NCBI RefSeq assembly: GCF_000497125.1
Contig: NC_090596.1
Coordinates: 868,001-932,000 of the forward strand
Length of the DNA stretch: 64,000 nucleotides
From: Spironucleus salmonicida
Taxonomy: Eukaryota
Direction of reading: 5' to 3'
The stretch's first letter is position 1, and the number at the start of each line of letters is the position of its first letter. Shown piece by piece: positions 38,092-51,325 of the stretch. The notes beneath the pieces are model-generated. The model saw nothing but the letters and a program-made list of their open reading frames with translations. It made no database searches and was not told the DNA's origin. Position numbers and translations under genes: made by a program.

Positions 38092-38943
38092 TCACTTAGT
38101 AGCAAAGCTAGTTTAGAAGCTACTCAAAATTATATCAGCTATTTTAATGAGGATATCAACATCCAAAAATGGAGTATGTGATGCTTATTCTATCATAACT
38201 ACATCCACTTCTTACGATAGTTTAATTTCTTTGAAGAATTTTACTGCTTACTTTGACTTCATCATGCAATCATTTTAGAAAATAATAAATTTGACTTTAT
38301 CAATTGGCTTACCATCTAATTAGTAATATAGATCATTATCTCGAAAATCGACCTGTTCATACTTTTCCCAAATATTGATTAATACATCATTGGAAAGTGA
38401 AAATATACTTTTCCAACTTTCACCAGCGGATACTTTAAAAATTCCATCTATGATGGGATTAAAATTCCAGGTTATCTCAGATCTACAACATGATCCCACT
38501 ATCTTGCGAAATTCACATTCCTCATATAATGAACATGATGGCGACATTGAAAAAAAATTCGATATAAGAAATTAACTAGAAAGCAAACAACCTATTTAGC
38601 AACCAATCCCATGTCCTACTATAGAAAACTATGACCACCCTAAATAATCTATAAGCTAAACAAACTCATCAACTAAAAGTGGCAATGTCAAATTCTCTGG
38701 AGATGCAGAGGAGAAATGACCTGGAAGATCAATAATTGCCAACCTAAATTGAGAATTTAGCCGATTTATTAATGGTGCATATATTTTCATTGAATGGAAA
38801 ATATCGGGAATAATTAGAATCTTTTGTCCATTAAGAGGGCCATCTTCAAATAAATTTAAAGAGCCAATACCAGGAAGCTGAGGGGCTGACAGGCCTGATT
38901 TTCTCATTTTGAGTGATGATGTGAGTGATAATAAATCGGTCAT
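38092..38943 (-). CDS. alpha/beta hydrolase fold protein lacking the Ser nucleophile (283 aa)
   Basis: IDLPGHFSS, IVGHGIG, SHTPFLD; ends AAG TGA. Confidence 0.85.
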
Positions 38944-39103
38944 CTTGTGGAAAGGTAGTATATTACTTGCTCTTATATTATATCTAATCTTTACATTACA
39001 AAATAAAAACAAATTTATCAGATGTATTATTTAATTATAGTATTTGTGATTGTTATTATTATGCAATATAATAATAATTTAAATATAAATAATTATACTA
39101 AGA

Positions 39104-39397
39104 ATGGAATCATACTTCTAAAAATTTTATCGATAGGTTAAAGACTACTAGTAAGTTCGAGAAAATTATAAGAAGAACGAGGTGGATGAATTAGAAAGAA
39201 GTTCGAGAGCTTTTGTAGCTAGGCCTGAAGAAAGAAGGACTATATTAGTTAATTCCTACTATATAAGCGAAAACAAGCGATATCTACAAAGAAGAGCACA
39301 TTCATCATTTAATGGTATGAAGTAGAATATCACTTAAAGTAATTTGGTCCATCCTTAATTTGCTTCTAAATAGCTTTTTATAACAGATTTACAATGA
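39104..39397 (+). CDS. hypothetical protein (97 aa)
   Basis: Open ATG-to-TGA frame. Confidence 0.5.
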
Positions 39398-39549
39398 TTG
39401 ACTTGTCGATTGAATAATGGTTTATCTTTATATTCAGTTATAATTATACCCTGCTTTCCCTCCAGATACCAAGTACATTCTCCTTTTATAATGAATATAT
39501 ATTATTATACTGTATTATATATTTATTATCAAATTTCACTTTCGTAAAA

Positions 39550-40302
39550 ATGTCAAATAAGTTGTTTGAGGAACAAATTGATAAATTACAATATGAACTA
39601 TCAGCGGCATATGTCTAAATTGATGAACTATAAATAAAATTACAAGAATATATCGATAACTCTTCTGAAAGCAAAAAATAGGCTTTAATATCGAAGTCTT
39701 AAGTTCTGTCTAAGTCACAAGTCTTAGAGGAAAACATACAGCAAACGCAAAAACTAGAGGATAACATATTTGAAATGGAGCAGGTAATCATTTAGAAGGA
39801 CTAGACGATCTAAACCTAAACACAGGAATTAGAACTAAGAAGCCAAAAAATCCAGCTCTTAGAGTCTGCTATGGCATAGCAAAAAACAACTTTTTCTGCC
39901 CAAAAGACCGAACTGTACGCCGCGTAATCAGACTCTGAAAATCTCAAGATTTAGATAGCGACGCTGACACAAGAAAACGAGTTTTAACGGAGCCTGGTGG
40001 AAGATAAGGAAAAGGTCATTTAGGATTTATAGATAAAATTCCAAAAACCTTCGACGTCGGAAAAAGATATTTAGCATATTCAGGACGCATTTGCAGACAT
40101 ATCGACGTAAAAAATAATAGATGTAGCAAATTTTTCGACCTAGGTAGATATTGTAATCTGCAATGAAGATTTAGTTTCTACAAAAGTAGTAGACGCTAAT
40201 TTTGTGGGACGGCTGCAGAACGAAATCGCCGATCTTAACGAGCAAAGAACCCGGTGGATAGTGCAATAGTAGACTATTTCAGAAAAAGTAGACGAAAAAT
40301 GA
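39550..40302 (+). CDS. coiled-coil protein (250 aa)
   Basis: E/Q/K/L heptad-rich frame, AGTGA just after the stop. Confidence 0.7.
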
Positions 40303-40370
40303 AGAGAGTGATTTTACAATTCATAGTGTATCAATATTCGTTAAGATAATTGATAGATTTATTGATTATA

Positions 40371-41210
40371 ATGAATAGTTAGGATAATTTAGTAAAGTAA
40401 GGAGCGAGGTAATATTATGCATCGCTACGTATTTTGGAATAGCAGGGTGTGGTACACAGGATGGCGTGGGCCCAGCAGGGTGAAGAGTCCGAGCTGGCGT
40501 GTGCCCACCAGGGTGAAGAGTCCGAGCTGGCGGGGGCCCACCAGGGTGAACAGTCCGAGCTGGCGTGGGCCCAGCAGGGTGAACAGTCCGAGCTGGCGTG
40601 GGCCCAGCAGGGTGTGGTACACAGGATGGCGTGGGCCCAGCAGGGTGAAGAGTCCGAGCTGGCGTGGGCCCAGCAGGGTGTGGTACACAGGATGGCGTGG
40701 GCCCAGCAGGGTGAAGAGTCCGAGCTGGCGTGGGCCCACCAGGGTGAACAGTCCGAGCTGGCGTGGGCCCAGCAGGGTGTGGTACACAGGATGGCGTGGG
40801 CCCACCAGGGTGAAGACTCCGAGCTGGCGTGGGCCCAGCAGGGTGAACAGTCCGAGCTGGCGTGGGCCCACCAGGGTGAAGACTCCGAGCTGGCGTGGGC
40901 CCACCAGGGTGAACAGTCCGAGCTGGCGTGGGCCCAGCAGGGTGAACAGTCCGAGCTGGCGGGGGCCCACCGCTGTAATAAAATTTGTGCAAAAGCCAAT
41001 ATAAACATCACATCTAAGTATCTTCGTTTTGAGTAGCAGGGAGTGGTTTGCATGAGAAGTTATTGCACTGTTCACCTAAGCTATGCTTAGAAAAGTATTG
41101 CAAGGAAATTGGGGATCTGCGAACCCTATCAATGCTGTCCCTACCAGCCATCGTATCGGACCATAATGAAACGTTTCCAGGCCACATTACACTAACAAAT
41201 AATGAAATGA
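40371..41210 (+). CDS. putative 11-aa tandem repeat protein (EQSELAWAQQG)n (279 aa)
   Basis: ATG at 40371 in frame through the whole array to TGA at 41208; coding status unproven. Confidence 0.45.
40441..40970 (+). repeat. 33-bp GC-rich tandem array, ~16 units
   Basis: Near-constant GCGTGGGCCCA(G/C)CAGGGT plus a 15-bp variable module. Confidence 0.97.
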
Positions 41211-41477
41211 TTGTGCAGCGGGAGGCACGCATACTGACTGTACTAGCCGAGGATGTGAGGCCAACTCTCACCTCCTTGCTAGCGCATGATACTGATGGGC
41301 AGGTGGTCGAGTGCTTACTAGACCGCCAAAATATGTTGAAATATCGTGTATTTGCTGCTTAAAACTAGTGAAGTATTCAGTGATGAAGTCTTTAAGATAG
41401 TTAAATATAGCTATATCCGTATTTAATATAAATACTTAAATGTCCGCTGGCTATAAATTATAAAACTAGGTGCTCAT

Positions 41478-41888
41478 TCAGAATTCACTATCCTGCTCAC
41501 AATCAGGATGATAATCTAAGACTTATAATATATCTGCCTCCATCTTGTGTAGGTTAGCAATTGGTATTCTTGTTACCGAACATACTGCAGTATCAAGAGA
41601 AACCTCTCCGCCTTTCTCACATTCCGCTTTCGCAGAAAGGTAAAAGCAGGCAATTAGAGAAGTTCTCCAGGACTTTAATGTGAACTAATGTTACGTGGCC
41701 AATTTCCCCATAAGGTGCATTGTCTCGCAAATAACCTCATCATCTAGGTTTGTGGCATCGATGAGCTCGTTAAGCAACGTGCGAATCTGTGCGACGGATG
41801 GAATATATGCAACTGCACTAACCATAGATTGAGGCATGGTAGATTTAGTTCCAATATTATTTTTAACCAAAAGGTAAATTGTGTTCAT
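41478..41888 (-). CDS. small cyclin-box protein (136 aa), copy 1
   Basis: WRTSLIACFYLSAK..CE and NLHKMEADILQVLDY match cyclin-box helices. Confidence 0.75.
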
Positions 41889-42201
41889 TTTTGGACAGGT
41901 TAAATTACAGATAACGAATTTTAATACATATAATTAGTAATTAACTGACTGGAATTTCTACGAGTTTTTATCTCAAAATACTTGGCGATTATACTAAAAT
42001 AATCATCAAGTTAAAACCTTAGAAACAAGAAACTTTCTTGAAAACACAATACACGGATCAACACGCCCAGTAAAACATGTGACGTCAGGCAAACGGCATA
42101 GATACTATAAAGCTGTTTGCGATTACAACCGGCTATTTGAAACGTATAACATTCTGGTACAGCAAGTAATGCGAACCCTACTCTAGTCTACATTTTTAGG
42201 A

Positions 42202-42789
42202 ATGAACTCGCCGCTTTTTTCGCCATATGCAGGATCTCCTGATGTTCATGAAGTACAATCTATTTTACCCATTGGTAAAGTGATATCATAACCATTTTCG
42301 CCATTGTAGTTCTCATTTTTTCATGACACAACTTCCTGTGCATAGACGCCTTAGGAATAGGTAAAAGTCGTACATCAGACACCAGAAGGATTTATTCCGT
42401 ACTATTCCGAAGATGCAGCAACAATTTTTTAGCAGCGATAGGCTTTCCTCCGGAGTCTTAAGTATTTTTCGCGACTGGTGGACGGTAGAGCATAGAAGAC
42501 TACACCAAATCTAGCGCGAGGTTTATTCTGCTGCTCACGAGAATGCTGTAGTCTTATTTTAGATGGTGGGAATCGTAGTCCATATTGCTGTAAGCCATGT
42601 CAAGTCAGAGAATAAAATATGCGGCAAGCTAGAGTTAAAGCCCGCGGTGAGCTGATAGAGCGGAAGCGATGTCTGTTTCAATTTCTTGTAGACTTGAAAG
42701 AGACCGACTTCGAACGTGGGCGACTAGTTTAGTTAGTTGGAGCATATCTGGCTGAATATCAAAAGAACTTTGGAGAAGGTTGGGAGTGA
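42202..42789 (+). CDS. hypothetical protein with Cys cluster (putative zinc finger), copy 1
   Basis: CCSRECCSLILDGGNRSPYCCKPCQVREQNMRQARVK; ends GAG TGA; alternative in-frame ATG at 42169. Confidence 0.65.
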
Positions 42790-42806
42790 ATGTTCACAAT
42801 AGACAC

Positions 42807-43061
42807 TCACTATTATCCCATCCACTGGATGATTTTCCAACACGCATCTATGGTTTCTTCTGGTTGAATATCACCATTGACATATGCCTGATCTAGTTTT
42901 GCTTGAAGAACCTAAAGCCTGGATTTCATGTGTTTGTTCTCAGCAGAACATTCTGCCTGCACCTGTCTAGATTTTTATAATTCCATTGTGCGCACAGCTA
43001 GTAGTTTCTCTAGATTTTCAACATGTTTCAGCAGGGCCTTATCAGTTCCGAGTTTGTTCAT
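42807..43061 (-). CDS. small coiled-coil protein (84 aa), copy 1
   Basis: C-rich motif before ATG; ends TAA TAG TGA. Confidence 0.65.
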
Positions 43062-43086
43062 ATTTGAAGTGGAGTGAGAAATTTGA

Positions 43087-43515
43087 TCAATCACTGACTT
43101 CGTCTAGAAGGTCATATATATCTACGCCAGCATCCCCTTTAAAGATCCTCTCTTCCATCATTCTTTATCTCCTCTCTTCCTTATTGTGATCTCTCTCATC
43201 TCTGATTAGGTCGTTTTGGTCCACCCCGTCCATTGCCTAGATAGCAAATGCTACTTCCTATCCCTCACGTCCATCTGCGGCTTCAATAAACCATTAATTA
43301 TCACATCTAGGGCAAAAGCCATCTGCTTCTTAATCAAACCCATCTCTAAAATCAATTCGGAAAGTTTTCTTACATTTTTTACATATAAGTACTAATTCTG
43401 GTGATTTTTCTATAGGATGATCTTATGTTTCAGCATGACATTATGCACAATCATACCAACGCTTGCAACAACGTGCATAAGCTTAAGTTTATACATTAGG
43501 AACATGCTTGCACAT
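43087..43515 (-). CDS. CHY-type zinc finger protein (142 aa)
   Basis: MCKH..ARCCKRWYDCAQCH...DH....ICKKC...FCPRC. Confidence 0.88.
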
Positions 43516-43557
43516 TATAAATTTTGAGGAAAGAAAATATATAGATAATATAAAATA

Positions 43558-43860
43558 TCATGTGTTTTATTTGCTTTTGAAGCTACATTTACAGCATTCA
43601 AAGAAAACAGTTTAACCTTCGTCTGCACTACGCATTTATCTTGCTTCAAAAAATGCTTTTTCATGACCACATTTTTCACAAATCTCGTCAATAACAGGTC
43701 GAGTTTCACTTTAGATGATAATAGCAGCAGATTGTTAAGTAATAGTTTTTTCAGATGTAATTTATTGAGCACTATATACAATTTAATTGAAACAACATGG
43801 GCATTGTGCAGAAGATGCAGAAACAGTAAGCAATGTGCCACATAACTCGCAGAAGTTCAT
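43558..43860 (-). CDS. RPA12: RNA polymerase I subunit A12 (TFIIS-like zinc ribbon)
   Basis: FCELCGTLL..CPCC; CEKCGH...QMRSADEGQTVFFECCKC. Confidence 0.85.
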
Positions 43861-43914
43861 TATTTGACAAGAAGTGAAAATATAAAATATTAATTATTAT
43901 ATAAAATCATTTTC

Positions 43915-44520
43915 TCAGCAACATCCTTTTTTAGACTAATTATCCACAATTACTTAATTTGTTGTACTTACTGTTTGAGGTATAAATTGTTTCCCAGCTG
44001 CATTATTTTCTAATATTTCTCCCTATTTAGCAATTAACTTTTCACAAACAATTTTAAATGCTTTTTCAATATTTTCTCCTGATTTTGCAGATGTCTCTAA
44101 GAAACTAAAATTATTCGCCTATGCAAATGTTTCTCCTTAGGAAGTTTAAATTTAATGCTCTAAGTCGCATTTATTTCCAATAACTATAATTTCAGCATCT
44201 GAAGCAACATTTTTAACTGTCTCAATCCAGTTAGGCAGAGAATCGAAAGAAGCTTCTGAGGATACATCATATACTAGTAAAACTCCATGAGCTCCTTTAA
44301 AATATACTGTAGAAATAGAGCGATAACGCTCTTCACCGGCAGTATCCCAAAGCTATAATGTTACTTAATTATTATCTATTTATATTTCTTTAGTGTAAAA
44401 GTCAACTCCAATAGTAGCATTATGAACATTAGAGAAATCTAAACCACGATATCTGTCAAGAAGCATAGATTTTCCAACTGCTTGTTCTCCTACAACAACA
44501 AATTTAAATAGATACTTCAT
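43915..44520 (-). CDS. Rab GTPase (201 aa)
   Basis: GEQAVGKS, TIGVDF, WDTAGEE, GNKCD, ETSAK, C-terminal CC. Confidence 0.95.
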
Positions 44521-44644
44521 TTTGATTTATATAGGAATGAATTTAATTATTTTATTATATATTTAAACTGATATTAGACATAAACTTCCTAAATATTAAA
44601 CACTAATATTATGTATTTATAAATAGATATTTATGAAATTCAAA

Positions 44645-45130
44645 ATGTCATCTTTTTCTTCTGATTTTGAGGATGCAGCGTATTCTCTACCATTTGATGC
44701 AGCAATTTTACAAATTCCTCCTATACCACACCCTTTACACTCTGTTTCAGCGCCGTTTTAGCTTTTAGGCAATACTACATCGTATACATCATAAACCTCA
44801 CACTCAAACTCTCTACAAAAAATTTGTAAAAATTACATTCGTGGAGGGTGTAATGTAGCAGACTGCAAGTTTTTTCATCCATCACCAATCGAACTGATTG
44901 TTCATGCTTAAGAAATTGCAAACATATACACTTAAAAATATGGTAAAATTGAAATTTGTAAAGATTATTTAAATGGGAAATGTGATAGATTTCAGTGTAA
45001 GTATAAGCACTGTGATGACTATTGGAAAGAGTAAATTGATAGATTTAATTCGATTGGAGAACATGTCCTGACGAGTTAAAGTGGTAAATTTAAAATAAGT
45101 AGTCAACCTAGTTAAGGGGATTAAAAGTGA
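44645..45130 (+). CDS. tandem CCCH zinc finger protein, muscleblind-like spacing
   Basis: ICKNYIRGGCNVADCKFFHP and ICKDYLNGKCDRFQCKYKH; ends AAG TGA. Confidence 0.85.
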
Positions 45131-45177
45131 TTTGAATCAGTTTATATTAGTTTTAAAAAATTATACTAATCTAGGCA

Positions 45178-45324
45178 ATGGACGGGGTGGACCAAAACGA
45201 CCTAATCAGAGATGAGAGAGATCACAATAAGGAAGAGAGGAGATAAAGAATGATGGAAGAGAGGATCTTTAAAGGGGATGCTGGCGTAGATATATATGAC
45301 CTTCTAGACGAAGTCAGTGATTGA
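45178..45324 (+). pseudogene. orphan 3' fragment of the CHY gene (48 codons from an internal ATG)
   Basis: Matches the CHY C-terminus; zinc finger absent. Confidence 0.75.
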
Positions 45325-45349
45325 TCAAATTTCTCACTCCACTTCAAAT

Positions 45350-45604
45350 ATGAACAAACTCGGAACTGATAAGGCCCTGCTGAAACATGTTGAAAATCTA
45401 GAGAAACTACTAGCTGTGCGCACAATGGAATTATAAAAATCTAGACAGGTGCAGGCAGAATGTTCTGCTGAGAACAAACACATGAAATCCAGGCTTTAGG
45501 TTCTTCAAGCAAAACTAGATCAGGCATATGTCAATGGTGATATTCAACCAGAAGAAACCATAGATGCGTGTTGGAAAATCATCCAGTGGATGGGATAATA
45601 GTGA
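45350..45604 (+). CDS. small coiled-coil protein, copy 2
   Basis: Mirror of 42807-43061. Confidence 0.65.
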
Positions 45605-45621
45605 GTGTCTATTGTGAACAT

Positions 45622-46209
45622 TCACTCCCAACCTTCTCCAAAGTTCTTTTGATATTCAGCCAGATATGCTCCAACTAACTAAACTAGTCGCCCACGTTCG
45701 AAGTCGGTCTCTTTCAAGTCTACAAGAAATTGAAACAGACATCGCTTCCGCTCTATCAGCTCACCGCGGGCTTTAACTCTAGCTTGCCGCATATTTTATT
45801 CTCTGACTTGACATGGCTTACAGCAATATGGACTACGATTCCCACCATCTAAAATAAGACTACAGCATTCTCGTGAGCAGCAGAATAAACCTCGCGCTAG
45901 ATTTGGTGTAGTCTTCTATGCTCTACCGTCCACCAGTCGCGAAAAATACTTAAGACTCCGGAGGAAAGCCTATCGCTGCTAAAAAATTGTTGCTGCATCT
46001 TCGGAATAGTACGGAATAAATCCTTCTGGTGTCTGATGTACGACTTTTACCTATTCCTAAGGCGTCTATGCACAGGAAGTTGTGTCATGAAAAAATGAGA
46101 ACTACAATGGCGAAAATGGTTATGATATCACTTTACCAATGGGTAAAATAGATTGTACTTCATGAACATCAGGAGATCCTGCATATGGCGAAAAAAGCGG
46201 CGAGTTCAT
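45622..46209 (-). CDS. Cys-cluster protein, copy 2
   Basis: Mirror of 42202-42789. Confidence 0.65.
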
Positions 46210-46522
46210 TCCTAAAAATGTAGACTAGAGTAGGGTTCGCATTACTTGCTGTACCAGAATGCTATACGTTTCAAATAGCCGGTTGTAATCGCAAACAGCT
46301 TTATAGTATCTATGCCGTTTGCCTGACGTCACATGTTTTACTGGGCGTGTTGATCCGTGTATTGTGTTTTCAAGAAAGTTTCTTGTTTCTAAGGTTTTAA
46401 CTTGATGATTATTTTAGTATAATCGCCAAGTATTTTGAGATAAAAACTCGTAGAAATTCCAGTCAGTTAATTACTAATTATATGTATTAAAATTCGTTAT
46501 CTGTAATTTAACCTGTCCAAAA

Positions 46523-46933
46523 ATGAACACAATTTACCTTTTGGTTAAAAATAATATTGGAACTAAATCTACCATGCCTCAATCTATGGTTAGTGCAGTT
46601 GCATATATTCCATCCGTCGCACAGATTCGCACGTTGCTTAACGAGCTCATCGATGCCACAAACCTAGATGATGAGGTTATTTGCGAGACAATGCACCTTA
46701 TGGGGAAATTGGCCACGTAACATTAGTTCACATTAAAGTCCTGGAGAACTTCTCTAATTGCCTGCTTTTACCTTTCTGCGAAAGCGGAATGTGAGAAAGG
46801 CGGAGAGGTTTCTCTTGATACTGCAGTATGTTCGGTAACAAGAATACCAATTGCTAACCTACACAAGATGGAGGCAGATATATTATAAGTCTTAGATTAT
46901 CATCCTGATTGTGAGCAGGATAGTGAATTCTGA
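46523..46933 (+). CDS. small cyclin-box protein, copy 2
   Basis: Mirror of 41478-41888. Confidence 0.75.
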
Positions 46934-47440
46934 ATGAGCACCTAGTTTTATAATTTATAGCCAGCGGACATTTAAGTATTTATATTAAATACGGATATAG
47001 CTATATTTAACTATCTTAAAGACTTCATCACTGAATACTTCACTAGTTTTAAGCAGCAAATACACGATATTTCAACATATTTTGGCGGTCTAGTAAGCAC
47101 TCGACCACCTGCCCATCAGTATCATGCGCTAGCAAGGAGGTGAGAGTTGGCCTCACATCCTCGGCTAGTACAGTCAGTATGCGTGCCTCCCGCTGCACAA
47201 TCATTTCATTATTTGTTAGTGTAATGTGGCCTGGAAACGTTTCATTATGGTCCGATACGATGGCTGGTAGGGACAGCATTGATAGGGTTCGCAGATCCCC
47301 AATTTCCTTGCAATACTTTTCTAAGCATAGCTTAGGTGAACAGTGCAATAACTTCTCATGCAAACCACTCCCTGCTACTCAAAACGAAGATACTTAGATG
47401 TGATGTTTATATTGGCTTTTGCACAAATTTTATTACAGCG

Positions 47441-48407
<967 letters not shown>

Positions 48408-48845
48408 ACGTCAAGAAGTCTAGACATAAAATATAAATAACTTCAATTTAAAAATTACAAACATAAAAAAGATACAAATTTGATTTAAATGAGGATGGAT
48501 ACTATAAATAGTAACGTATTTGAATTTTTATATTATCAAATAATATTGGTTACGATTGCCTTTTTGCTTAAAAAATATATTTTAAGTAAATCATAGATTT
48601 GTATTAACTTTTACCATATTATTATAAATCACTCTATTATTATTAACACTACTAAGGTCATAAACTTAATAATTAAACGCTAATATCATAATATTCAGTA
48701 AGCGAATAACCACAGATTTTTATTTTAACATGAATTATAAATACTATAATCAAGTTATTTATTTAATAATGCCATTATATTAATTTTATAGATCATATTT
48801 TTAAAGCTATTGATAGAGAATTATACTTAAAAAATAAGTAAGTTT

Positions 48846-49112
48846 TCATTCATTTTTCTTTTCTTAGTTGGTTTAACCATCTTTAATTTATGGATTTGAG
48901 TCTTCTGTTACTATTTCTTCCTATTTACTTGAAAATGCAGAAAGAGGTACTCTATAGATTTTCATTAAACAAAGTACAGAGGGGATACCCAAACAGGCAA
49001 ATGTTGATACAACTAACAAAAAGATAGCAATTAATGGGTGATTTTATAAATAAACAGGTAACTTTTCTCTAAGTTGCTATGCTGCTAAAGCGGCTGGATC
49101 AATTTCTGCCAT
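48846..49112 (-). CDS. small single-TM protein with KKxx tail (88 aa)
   Basis: ccacttcctcaa before ATG; TM LIAIFLLVVSTFACLGIPSVLCL; ends EKKNE. Confidence 0.7.
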
Positions 49113-49197
49113 TTGAGGAAGTGGTAAATCTAAAAACTAATTATATATTATTTAATATTAGAGTATATTCATCGATGAATTTTTTCTGAATCCCCTC

Positions 49198-49290
49198 CTA
49201 CTTCGTAATCTAGAATATTAAGAGGAAAGAGCGCCTCCAGGCCCAGACCGAGGTCCTCGTACAGGTCACCTCAGTACATCTGGGCTATTA
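49198..49290 (+). repeat. diverged, internally deleted copy of ~53092-53248
   Basis: Shared tacttcgtNatctagaaYattaagagRaaagagcgcctccaggcccaga and ccgaggtcctcgtaca..cagtacaYctgggcta. Confidence 0.8.
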
Positions 49291-49757
49291 AATCCTATTT
49301 CTATAAATTGTTTCATAATGGCCTTCAACTAATAATCGACTTGAGCAAGGTTCTGGCCAGCTTCCTGTGCGAAATCTGCGTAAAGAACCCCAAGAACATG
49401 CACTACTTCATATCCAACTCTACTGCAATTTTGGAGCAGTTCTTGACTGCCTTTGCCCCGGAGCAATGCGATCAGATATTGGAAGCTCTCTTCGAAAATG
49501 GTGTCATGTCCAGCTAGGAGGTTAACGTGCTTGATGGCATCTTCACCGTGGAATTTTTATCACGTGTGATCGCTTCTCAGTAAGTAAGAGAAATTTAGTA
49601 TACTTACATCTGAAAATTCCTTTGTATTATTAATGCTCATAATTTTATATTTAAGAGGTTTTCTTAGCATTTTGTATAATAACCATAATTATTAAAATTT
49701 AAACAATCAATCGAAGTATTCATAAATAATATATGAACTTTTAAGGTGATGGCATAA

Positions 49758-50060
49758 ATGTCAGATTAAGAAATCTCACAAGATAATTTTATGTAATCCA
49801 TATTCTAGCCTATAAACACATACTGTTCGATAAATGCATAAAACTTAGCCACAGAATCAGTTATATTCTCATTTCCTGTATCAGGATTACACTCTAATAA
49901 TAATTCTGATAATTATACATATTAAGTTGAGTAAAAAACTCAGCCACTTTTATTAAATAAATCTGTATCAACTGTTGGTGAAGTTGAAGATTCAATAGAT
50001 GTTTGTTCTATGATAGGTAGTATTGATTAAACACTTTCAGGAGACTAAAATGAGTAGTGA
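49758..50060 (+). CDS. hypothetical protein (100 aa)
   Basis: Open frame, ends TAG TGA. Confidence 0.5.
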
Positions 50061-50487
50061 TTAGGTTTTATATTTAATATAGTATTATAACTTGAATAAT
50101 TTTACAGCTTACTAATACAATTTTTTATATGTCAAACACTATTTTAAATTAATGAGAAATAGTTAACATTTTCCAGACCGACCTATCTTGCAAGATAAAA
50201 TTAAAGGGGATAACTATGAAGAAGAAATTATGACAAATAGCTGTTCTTCGTCCATCTCAATTCAATCTATAGGGCCAATTTCATAACATGCAGTTTCCAG
50301 CGAAGATGACGAAATTGATATAGACTTCTGACGTTTAGACTCAAATAAAGATATTTATAGTAGTTTTGTCACTAATATCGAATATCTTGGTTGTAGGATT
50401 TTTGAAATTTTGTATATTTTATAATTCCTTATTATCATAGTATTATATATTTTAAGATGACTTAATTCTTTTTTCACTTTCTCGAAA

Positions 50488-51231
50488 ATGGAAATTGATC
50501 CTACACGCCCAATCTACTTATAATGCTCACCAAATTTACTCGAAAAAGTGCTCCCTCAACTACCGGCGAACCCATTTATCTCTACATCATTTTAAACCTG
50601 CACCAACCTTGTGGAAGCGAGGAAGTTAGAAAACGTCTAAATCGTCCATATAAACCCAAAATGCACGTGCAGAGCGGCCGAAAACGACGTAATTTACCTC
50701 ACAGAGGACCTGAAACCCTACACTTACGATTTTTCTACGACGACAAAATACGAAGACTTACCCCCTTATATTCAGGCGCTCCAGCACTCGAAACTGTCGC
50801 GATCACCCGAGTACGAAACGATCCATTTCGACCTGGCAAAGGGTAGGATGAACATGCTCAGGGTACGCAATTTCGAGTCAATTTTCCTGATTGTTTCGCC
50901 GTCCGTTGCATCAGTTGAGCTCGCCAAGCGGATCAAGTTTGCGCTCAAAAAGCTGAGTATTTCGTGCATTTTGACGAATTTCGGGCCCCAAATTACGGAG
51001 CAAAAGCTGTAGAATTTGGTGTTTTCGGGCGAATTTGTAGCCGTTTCCGACTGTAAAATTCACAACGTCCCGTGGCTGAACGGGAGGTGGCGGCGCGAAG
51101 TTCTGTGCCTCTGGGAGCTCGCCGTAGGGCTCGGGGCTGCGGAGGTCAGTTTGGAGTGGGAGTGTTGCGGCGAGACCGTTGTGGCGCAGATTGAGGCGTT
51201 TGCAAGCAGGAAGCTGGACGAGGCTGGGTGA
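50488..51231 (+). CDS. divergent diphthamide synthesis protein (Dph1/Dph2 family, Dph2-like)
   Basis: ITEQKLQNL...FVAVSDC......W...VL...EL.V.LG resembles the Dph1/2 C-terminal domain. Confidence 0.6.
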
Positions 51232-51325
51232 GCTTTTTCATTGAAGATTGCTATTTGGCGTAAACTTGATAGGAGGGTGAAATGCAATAATATGAATTAT
51301 ATATAAAAATAGTTATATATTAAAA

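Larger units (their letters stand above)
40941..43242 (+). repeat. inverted duplication 2, left arm (~2.3 kb)
   Basis: Reverse complement of 45169-47470 (coordinate sum 88411). Confidence 0.97.
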
